From the sequence record DRR723986_7088: a stretch of 61,629 nucleotides of DNA, one strand, 5' to 3'. This document shows, in pieces, positions 54,487 through 61,629 of this stretch. The stretch's first letter is position 1; each line of letters starts with the position of its first letter. The translations under genes and the position numbers were made by a program. The notes under the pieces are model-generated. The model saw nothing but the letters and a program-made list of their open reading frames with translations. It made no database searches and was not told where the DNA came from.

Positions 54487-57400
54487 CTAGGAAGCGATCA
54501 TCTCTGCCGCTTTCTCCAAATCCACCGACACAAGGCGTGAGACACCCGGCTCATGCATGGTGACCCCCATTAGCTGGTCGGCCATTTCCATCGCGATTTT
54601 ATTGTGACTGATGTAGATAAACTGCACGTCGCGGGACATCTCTTTCACCATGCGAGAGTAACGGCCAACGTTGGCGTCATCCAGCGGCGCGTCAACCTCA
54701 TCCAACATACAAAATGGCGCAGGGTTAAGCTGAAAGATTGAGAATACCAAGGCAATTGCCGTGAGCGCCTTTTCCCCGCCGGAGAGCAAGTGAATGGTCG
54801 CATTGCGCTTACCCGGAGGCCTCGCCATGATAGAAATACCGGTATCCAATAGGTCGTCGCCGGTCATTTCCAGATAGGCGCTACCGCCGCCGAACACTTT
54901 CGGGAAAAGCTCCTGCAAGCCGTTGTTCACCCGGTCAAAGGTTTCTTTAAAGCGGTTGCGCGTTTCTTTGTCGATACGGCGAATGGCATTTTCAAGCGTT
55001 TCCAACGCGTCCTCTAAATCGGCGTTCTGTGCATCCAGATAATTTTTGCGCTCTGACTGTTGCTTGTATTCCTCTATCGCCGCCAGGTTAATCGGCCCCA
55101 GGCGGGCAATGCGTCGGCCCACAGCCTCTAACTGCTCTTGCCAGGCGGCTTCGTTTGCCTCATCGGGCAAGCTTTCGAGAACGGACTGAAGGTCAAATTG
55201 TGCCTCTTGAAGTTGGTCCTGCAGGCCTTTGCGCCGTACCTGCAAGCCCTGATTCTCAACCCGGGCGCCCTCGAGCTTACTGGCGACTTGTTGCAGGCGC
55301 TGCTCGATGTCATGCCGTCTTTGCTCGTGCTGACGAAGCTTCTGATCTACCTCTTCCAATGCGCGACGCGCCGCGCTGAGCTCTTCCTCAACAAGCAGGC
55401 GCTGCTCAAGGCGGGCCTCTAAATCCAGCTTCAAATCATCGATTGGCGAGTCATTGTCGTCCAGGTTCTCTCTGAGCTGTTCTTTGCGCTCGCGCAATTG
55501 CTCTAATTGTTCCTCTGTGCGGGCAATATTTTGCAGAGCAGCATCGCGCTGGGTTTGCAGCGACTGATAGCGCATCGCGAGCTGATGGGCGTGATCCTTG
55601 CTCTGCCGCGCTTTTTGACGCACCGCATCGAGCTGCGAGCGGTTGTTGTCGCGCTCACTAAGCAGTTGTTCGCGACGCCCCGAGTCTTGCTCCATCGCCT
55701 CAATGGCATCCTGCAAGGTCATGCGTGCATCGGCCAGCGATTCCTGCTCCATCTCAAACTGGTTGCGCAACTCGTGAATATCACTGTCCAGCCGCTGGCG
55801 GCGCTGGCTCTGCTGTTCGCTCTTTGCCTGCTGAGCACTTAACTGCGCCCGCAATTCACTCTGCTGCCGGCTGTGTTGCTGAAGCTCGCGCTGCACCGTT
55901 TCGCGATCGGTCTCAAGCTGTTTCAGCTGCTCCCGGCTTGCATCCAGCTGTTCGGTAAGCGCCGCTAGCGCGGCTTCGCCCTCATCTATCGCTGCTTTGA
56001 GTTCTTGTAATTCTTCCTGGCGCTGTAATACGCCGCCTTGCGCCGTGTCTCCGCGCCGAACGCGAAGCCAATCTCTCCCCAGCCACATGCCCTCCGGGGT
56101 CACCAGTGACTCACCCGCAGTAAGGCTCGTTCGACGCGCCAGGGCGTCCGCCAAACTGTCAGCGGTTTTCACATTCGCTAACACGCCTTGCAACGCCGGC
56201 GAGCCGGAAACCACCGCAGCGAGACTATCTGCCTGCACGCCGACATCGCCACTTTGCGCCTGTTCAACAACGCAGAGCTGGCCCTCTTGAAGCTCTGACA
56301 ACAGGCTTTGAACACCCTCCAGGCTATCGATACACAGCGACTGCAGCTGCTCGCCAAGGACTGTTTCGACAGCGGTCTGCCAGCGCTCTTCCACTTGCAA
56401 GGCCTCGGCGACAATAGGCTTATCTGCCAAGCCATGTTGCTGCAACAATTCAGAAAGGGCTTTGTCACCCTGCCCTAAGGCCGCCTGCTGCAATGCTTCA
56501 AGAGATGCCATCCGCCCACGTAAACGCTGCATTTCACTGCGTTGGCGGTCCACCTCATCACTGGTTTCACGAATGCGCTCACGACATTGGCTAATTGATG
56601 GTTGCAGCTGGTCGTGGCGTTCCTGCAAGGCCTCGCCTTCGAGCTCAAGGGCCATTGCTTGTTCCTGCAATAACTCCAGATCACCGTCGTCACCTTCAGT
56701 CAGCCCGGCGCGCTCTCCTTCGGCTTTCTGAATACGTTCCTGCAGGCGCTGCATGCTCAGCTCTAAATGCTGAATGCGAGACTGCTCCACTTCAGCCCGT
56801 TGACGCGGCCCCGCCGCATTTTGGTTGAATTCGTCCCAGCGCTGCTGCCATGACTGCATCGCATCTTCTGCTGCCAACAGGGACTCTGAGGCACTCTCCT
56901 CTTCTGCCTGGCTGATTTCCAGCTCAGGTTCGATGCCGGCCAGCTCCTCTTCCCACAGCTGAATTTTACTGCGGTCCCCGTCCAGCAGACCGGCCGTCTC
57001 CTGAATATTGATTTCGAGCCGCTGCAGGTCAGCGTCCAATTGACTACGGCGCTCTTGCTGATGCTGGATACTCTGTTCTACGCGGGCGATATCGGCGCCA
57101 ATACTGTAAAAGCGCCCCTGCACCTCGTTGAAGGTATCATTGAGCTGAGTGTGCTCGTCGCGCGACTGCTCAATGGCAGTGCCCAGCGATACTTGTTCGG
57201 TGACAACCGCTTCCCGGTCCAGCTCCAGTTCGCGTATCACCGCCTCTTTCTCGCCGACCTGGCCATCCAGCGCCTTCCACTGCAACACCTGCAGTTGCGC
57301 TCGCAACAGACGCTCTTCTTTTTTGTATTCGGTGTATTTTTCAGCGGCGGCGGCCTGGCGCTGCAAGTGCTGTAGTTGTCGTTCTAACTCGTCGCGTAAA

Positions 57401-57987
57401 TCTGTTAACCGTTCCAGATTCTCATGCGTTCTGCGCATGCGATTTTCGGTCTCGCGGCGGCGCTCCTTGTACTTAGAAATACCGGCCGCCTCTTCGATAA
57501 ACACTCGCAGTTCTTCTGGCTTAGATTCAATCAAGCGCGAAATCATGCCCTGCTCAATAATGGCATAACTGCGCGGCCCAAGACCGGTGCCAAGAAAGAT
57601 GTCGGTGATGTCCCGGCGCCGACACTTGGTGCCATTCAGGTAGTATTCTGAGGCGCCTTCGCGAGTGACTTTGCGTCGAATGGCAATTTCGTTATAGCGG
57701 GCATATTCGCCGCCTAACTTTCCCGCCGTGTTGTCAAAGACGAGTTCGATAGAGGCTTGGCCAACGGGCTTGCGGTTAACCGACCCGTTGAAGATGACGT
57801 CCGTCATCGATTCGCCGCGCAAATTTTTTGCCGAGCTCTCCCCCATTACCCAGCGCACCGCGTCGATAATATTGGATTTTCCGCAGCCATTTGGACCAAC
57901 AACCGCAGACAGGTTGCTGGGAAAATGGGCTGTGGTGGGGTCGACAAAAGACTTAAAACCCGCCAGTTTGATACTTTTCAGACGCAT
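54487..57987 (-). CDS. smc: chromosome segregation protein SMC
   Basis: GFKSF, GPNGCGKSN, long coiled coils, LSGGEK, LDEVDAPLD. Confidence 0.97.
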   Translation of the reverse strand: MRLKSIKLAGFKSFVDPTTAHFPSNLSAVVGPNGCGKSNIIDAVRWVMGESSAKNLRGESMTDVIFNGSVNRKPVGQASIELVFDNTAGKLGGEYARYNEIAIRRKVTREGASEYYLNGTKCRRRDITDIFLGTGLGPRSYAIIEQGMISRLIESKPEELRVFIEEAAGISKYKERRRETENRMRRTHENLERLTDLRDELERQLQHLQRQAAAAEKYTEYKKEERLLRAQLQVLQWKALDGQVGEKEAVIRELELDREAVVTEQVSLGTAIEQSRDEHTQLNDTFNEVQGRFYSIGADIARVEQSIQHQQERRSQLDADLQRLEINIQETAGLLDGDRSKIQLWEEELAGIEPELEISQAEEESASESLLAAEDAMQSWQQRWDEFNQNAAGPRQRAEVEQSRIQHLELSMQRLQERIQKAEGERAGLTEGDDGDLELLQEQAMALELEGEALQERHDQLQPSISQCRERIRETSDEVDRQRSEMQRLRGRMASLEALQQAALGQGDKALSELLQQHGLADKPIVAEALQVEERWQTAVETVLGEQLQSLCIDSLEGVQSLLSELQEGQLCVVEQAQSGDVGVQADSLAAVVSGSPALQGVLANVKTADSLADALARRTSLTAGESLVTPEGMWLGRDWLRVRRGDTAQGGVLQRQEELQELKAAIDEGEAALAALTEQLDASREQLKQLETDRETVQRELQQHSRQQSELRAQLSAQQAKSEQQSQRRQRLDSDIHELRNQFEMEQESLADARMTLQDAIEAMEQDSGRREQLLSERDNNRSQLDAVRQKARQSKDHAHQLAMRYQSLQTQRDAALQNIARTEEQLEQLRERKEQLRENLDDNDSPIDDLKLDLEARLEQRLLVEEELSAARRALEEVDQKLRQHEQRRHDIEQRLQQVASKLEGARVENQGLQVRRKGLQDQLQEAQFDLQSVLESLPDEANEAAWQEQLEAVGRRIARLGPINLAAIEEYKQQSERKNYLDAQNADLEDALETLENAIRRIDKETRNRFKETFDRVNNGLQELFPKVFGGGSAYLEMTGDDLLDTGISIMARPPGKRNATIHLLSGGEKALTAIALVFSIFQLNPAPFCMLDEVDAPLDDANVGRYSRMVKEMSRDVQFIYISHNKIAMEMADQLMGVTMHEPGVSRLVSVDLEKAAEMIAS

Positions 57988-58112
57988 AAAAACCGTAACC
58001 AAGCTTTGTGCCTATCCCTTTGTTGTTATCCGCAGAATGCCTGCGTTGGGATAGGACCAGATGTATGCAAAGCGCGATTATAGCCCGAGAACCGGGCAAC
58101 ATCAGTAGAAAT

Positions 58113-59330
58113 TCAACGTGCGGCGGGCTGTAGCTGATCAATAAGCAGACTGACCGGCTGCGACGTGGCGTCACCACGCAACGTCGCGGCTTCTGACACC
58201 CAGTCACCGGGGCTGCGCATCGCCACCCCTTTAACACTAATGTGGGCGGAAACGCGCAGCGAATCAAAATCACTGAGGGTCGCGCCCTGGCGAATTACGT
58301 CACTGTCGGTCACATATACCGTCAGCGGAAAGGCCGCCGTGCCAGCGCGCACAGGAAGCCGCACTGCGGCAACCGGCATAGGCGAGCCACTGGGCTCTCG
58401 CACAACCACAAACAGCACGCCATTTGGGAAGTCACCCAGCGCCGGCGCAATATCCACACTCAGCTGCAAGCCCTCAATAGCCCCGGTTTCAATCGCCAGA
58501 CGCTTCGCTTCGTTTAAGCCAGCGGCGATGACCATCGCCTCGCCCGTCTGCGGATCGAGCCCCATCTGAAGACGCTGCCAGTACGTGATCGCATTGAGAT
58601 AGTCACCGGCAGCAAAGGCGTCGATACCGAGCACGCCCAGAGCCGTGCCCTGCTGGGGATTCACTGCCAGTGAGCGCTCAAGCAGGCTGCGTGTCTGCGC
58701 ATCTATGACGCGGTTAGCCGATAAATAGCGCGCCTGGGCCAGCTGGGCGAGAATATCGGCATCCTGGGGAAATAAATCAAGCAGGCGCTCGTAGTACTTC
58801 ACCGCCTCCGCGTAATTACCCTGCTGGCGGCGTATTGATGCCATCGTCATCAATAACTCCGCGTTCTCAGGCCGGCGAACTAAAATATCATCGACCAGCG
58901 CCTCGAACCGATGTAGATCATCTTCGCTGGGCTGGTCGGCGGCAAATAACTGCTGCTGAACGTCGAGAAGCCGATAATCCAGCCGATAGCCAAGATAGTC
59001 GTACAACGGCAGGGCAAGCGCGGGAAGCAATAGCAATGACAGCCAAAGCACCGGCCCGCGCGAAATGCCAGCGCGAGCCGAAAACTCTGCATTCTCTTCC
59101 AGCAACTGCTTGTCCAGCTCAGCGTTGAGCTCAGCCATTTGCTCCTCGCTGATCAAACCCATCTCACGGTCGTTGAGTAGCTCACGCTGTCGCTGGCGAT
59201 AAAAATCGCGCTGCGCCTGACGGTGCTGTGCTTTATCGTCACCTATCACCCGGCGCGAACGAAACGCCAGCAAGCACAGGCCCATGGCTAGCGCCAATAG
59301 CAAGATAACACCGAGTACAAGTGGACTCAT
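58113..59330 (-). CDS. ccmI: c-type cytochrome biogenesis protein CcmI
   Basis: Two N-terminal TMs, LY..LG, TPR repeats, C-terminal PMPVAA domain; last gene of the ccm run. Confidence 0.88.
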   Translation of the reverse strand: MSPLVLGVILLLALAMGLCLLAFRSRRVIGDDKAQHRQAQRDFYRQRQRELLNDREMGLISEEQMAELNAELDKQLLEENAEFSARAGISRGPVLWLSLLLLPALALPLYDYLGYRLDYRLLDVQQQLFAADQPSEDDLHRFEALVDDILVRRPENAELLMTMASIRRQQGNYAEAVKYYERLLDLFPQDADILAQLAQARYLSANRVIDAQTRSLLERSLAVNPQQGTALGVLGIDAFAAGDYLNAITYWQRLQMGLDPQTGEAMVIAAGLNEAKRLAIETGAIEGLQLSVDIAPALGDFPNGVLFVVVREPSGSPMPVAAVRLPVRAGTAAFPLTVYVTDSDVIRQGATLSDFDSLRVSAHISVKGVAMRSPGDWVSEAATLRGDATSQPVSLLIDQLQPAAR

Positions 59331-59815
59331 GAATTGCCCCCAGAGCGTTCAGAAGGCTTTTCTTCGTCGCTGAGCAACGAGTCGAGCGCAGCGCGGTCGT
59401 GATCATCGAGTGGCTGAATCGGCACGCGGCGGGTTCGCCGCGACGCCATCAGCGCCCAGATTGCCAAGCCACCGAGCAGCAAGCCCACCGGCAACAACCA
59501 GAGAACCGCCGTCGCGGCATTAAACCGCGGCCGATACAGAATGAAGTCGCCGTAGCGATCAACCATGTATTGGGTAATTTCAATGTCTGACTTGCCGGCC
59601 ATGATCATGGCGTGTAACTGCCGACGAAGATCCTGAGAGATTGCCGAATCGGAACCAGACAAATTTTGGTTTTGACACTTTGGGCAGCGCAGCTCTTCGA
59701 TAAAGGCATTGTAGCGCTGGCGCTGCAAATCGGTATCGAACTGGTAGGTTTCAATAACCGCCCAGGACGGCAACGCCAAAAGCAGCAGTGCGAGGAGCAA
59801 CACGCGGTGGTTCAC
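59327..59815 (-). CDS. ccmH: cytochrome c biogenesis protein CcmH
   Basis: LRCPKCQNQ, RYGDFILY. Confidence 0.95.
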   Translation of the reverse strand: MNHRVLLLALLLLALPSWAVIETYQFDTDLQRQRYNAFIEELRCPKCQNQNLSGSDSAISQDLRRQLHAMIMAGKSDIEITQYMVDRYGDFILYRPRFNAATAVLWLLPVGLLLGGLAIWALMASRRTRRVPIQPLDDHDRAALDSLLSDEEKPSERSGGNS

Positions 59816-60360
59816 GGCGACGCCTCCTCCAGTGAGCTGAGCATGGGCGCGAACTGCTCATCCCAGACTTTTTGATCCAGTGCGCCCTGATAACGGAAGC
59901 GCACAATGCCCTCGGCGTCGACGAGGTAGGTTTCCGGTGCACCGGTCACCCCCAAATCCAAGCCTAAAGTGCCCTGCTCATCAAATACCGTTGCAAAATA
60001 GGGGTCGCCTTTTTCCGCCAACCATTTTAGGGCGGGCTCGCGTCGATCCTTGTAGTCAACGCCCAGAATTGGCACGCCGCGCTCCGCTAATTCCACCAGG
60101 AAGGGGTGCTCGTAATGACAGGTCGGGCACCACGTTGCCCAAACGTTGACCAGCAACCACTGCTTGGGAAGCTCTGCCCGGCTGAGCGACTCACCTTGCA
60201 GGGTTGGCAAAGAGAACTCCGGAAAGGGCTTATTGAGCAATGCCGATGGCAGCGCCGTGGGGCTGTAGTCGCCGGTTTGCACTCGGCGCTGCACACCGAA
60301 GAAAATGGCCACCAGCACTAAAAAGATAATCAGCGGCAAAAATAGTTTAATCCTGCTCAC
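59812..60360 (-). CDS. ccmG: thiol:disulfide interchange protein CcmG/DsbE
   Basis: NVWATWCPTC, GVTGAPETY. Confidence 0.95.
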   Translation of the reverse strand: MSRIKLFLPLIIFLVLVAIFFGVQRRVQTGDYSPTALPSALLNKPFPEFSLPTLQGESLSRAELPKQWLLVNVWATWCPTCHYEHPFLVELAERGVPILGVDYKDRREPALKWLAEKGDPYFATVFDEQGTLGLDLGVTGAPETYLVDAEGIVRFRYQGALDQKVWDEQFAPMLSSLEEASP

Positions 60361-61629
60361 GCTTTCCCCCTCGAACCACCAGTAATTTTTCCCCGGTAGC
60401 GCTTATCGCAAATCGCTAACAAACCACCCAACGCCATGAGGATGCCCCCCAACCAGATCCAACGCACAAAGGGTTTAATATGTATTCTGACCGCCCAAGC
60501 GCGCTCGGCAACAGGCTCGCCAAGCGCGATGTACACATCGCGCAGCACGCCGGCATCGATCGCCGCCTCGGTCATCACCTGCGATGCGCGGGCGTGGTAG
60601 CGGCGCTTCTCGGGCGTTAACTGCGCCAGTAGCGTGTCACCGTCATACAAACTAAAACGCCCCTGCTGCCCCTGATAGTTAGGGCCATTAATGGCCTGAA
60701 GATCGTCGAAAACAACCCGATAGCCAAAGGCGGTTTCGGTACTCTCTCCCACATTCATACGCAGGTCGCGTTCGTCTTGAAAGCTGGTCACCATACCCAC
60801 GCCGATAAGGGCCAAGGCCAGCCCGAGGTGGGCCACAAGCATGCCGTAGTAAGACGGTGTCAGGCGTCGCAAACCCGCGACAACACTCGATGCATTGCGG
60901 GTCTTATCGCGCAAATTAATCAGTGTCGTCGCGACAATCCATACAAATAGCAAGGCCCCGGCACTGGCAGCGAAATGAAATTCGCCGCCGTACAGCCACG
61001 GCACCGATACTCCCAACAGCATTGAGGCCAATAACGCCGCAAGCATCGCACTCATCCAGCGCTGGGTATTACTGCGTTTCCACTGCGAACTGGGGCCAAT
61101 ACCCACCAGCAGCGCCAGCAAGCAGGTAATGGGTACAAACAAAGCATTGAAATACGGCGGCCCCACCGAGTATTTACCCAGGCCGGCAAAATCCATAATG
61201 AGGGGGAACAGCGTGCCGAGCAGCACGGTCAATGCGGCAACCACCAGCAAAATATTATTTGCCAGCAGCAGCGCTTCTCGCGATAGCAACTCGAATGGCT
61301 TGGCACTATGTTGCGACGGCGCCTTTAAGGCATACAGCGTTAACGAGCCACCAACCACGATAACGAGAAAGGCCAGAATAAACATTCCTCGGGTGGGGTC
61401 TGCCGCAAAGGCGTGCACCGACGTTAGCACTCCAGAGCGGACCAGGAAGGTGCCGAGCAAACTCAACGAGAAGGCAAAAATCGCCAGTAACAGTGTCCAG
61501 GACTTAAAAATGCCCCGTTTCTCTGTGACCGCCAAGGAGTGGATCAACGCGGTGCCTATAAGCCAAGGCATGAAAGAGGCATTTTCGACTGGATCCCAAA
61601 ACCACCAGCCACCCCAGCCAAGTTCGTAG
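60357..61629 (-). CDS. ccmF: heme lyase CcmF (5' part outside window)
   Basis: YELGWGGWWFWDPVENAS at the window edge, VRSGVLTSVHAFA, KPFVRWIW. Confidence 0.96.
   Translation of the reverse strand, partial: YELGWGGWWFWDPVENASFMPWLIGTALIHSLAVTEKRGIFKSWTLLLAIFAFSLSLLGTFLVRSGVLTSVHAFAADPTRGMFILAFLVIVVGGSLTLYALKAPSQHSAKPFELLSREALLLANNILLVVAALTVLLGTLFPLIMDFAGLGKYSVGPPYFNALFVPITCLLALLVGIGPSSQWKRSNTQRWMSAMLAALLASMLLGVSVPWLYGGEFHFAASAGALLFVWIVATTLINLRDKTRNASSVVAGLRRLTPSYYGMLVAHLGLALALIGVGMVTSFQDERDLRMNVGESTETAFGYRVVFDDLQAINGPNYQGQQGRFSLYDGDTLLAQLTPEKRRYHARASQVMTEAAIDAGVLRDVYIALGEPVAERAWAVRIHIKPFVRWIWLGGILMALGGLLAICDKRYRGKITGGSRGKA

Overview
A ~62 kb core-genome segment of a gammaproteobacterium. Gene order and protein styles suggest a Pseudomonadales/Cellvibrionales-type organism; that taxonomy is inference. 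Left to right it holds: the 5' end of a tRNA-Pro gene, folD-DUF374-vanZ, cysS/glnS, ppiB-lpxH, a sigma54/NtrC-driven nasS-nasT-like pair, miaE, DUF1289, acnB, yibL/yebG with a LexA box, and a TetR-regulated RND pump. Then comes a ~23 kb minus-strand run (leuCD-leuB-asd-usg-fimV-truA-trpFBA-accD-folC-dedD-cvpA-purF-metZ-moxR-DUF58-tgpA-mscS), a LysR regulator, xdhC-mocA, two tandem paralogous TonB-dependent receptors, a flavodoxin, gloA, smc-zipA-ligA-SLT lipoprotein, and ccmF(partial)-ccmG-ccmH-ccmI. I saw no mobile element, CRISPR array, rRNA or frameshifted gene. Most of the window is ordinary housekeeping DNA. The best candidate for something undescribed is the orphan NasS/NasT-like module: a signal-peptide-less NrtA/CmpA-fold sensor with a His->Gln change in the predicted anion pocket, coupled to a NasT homologue with a degenerate ANTAR domain, with an intact nitrogen-regulated promoter but no nas target genes nearby. 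Secondary candidates are the duplicated TonB receptors with a swapped loop, an LpxJ-like acyltransferase and a Usg pseudoenzyme. All family assignments come from reading motifs by eye; no searches were run.
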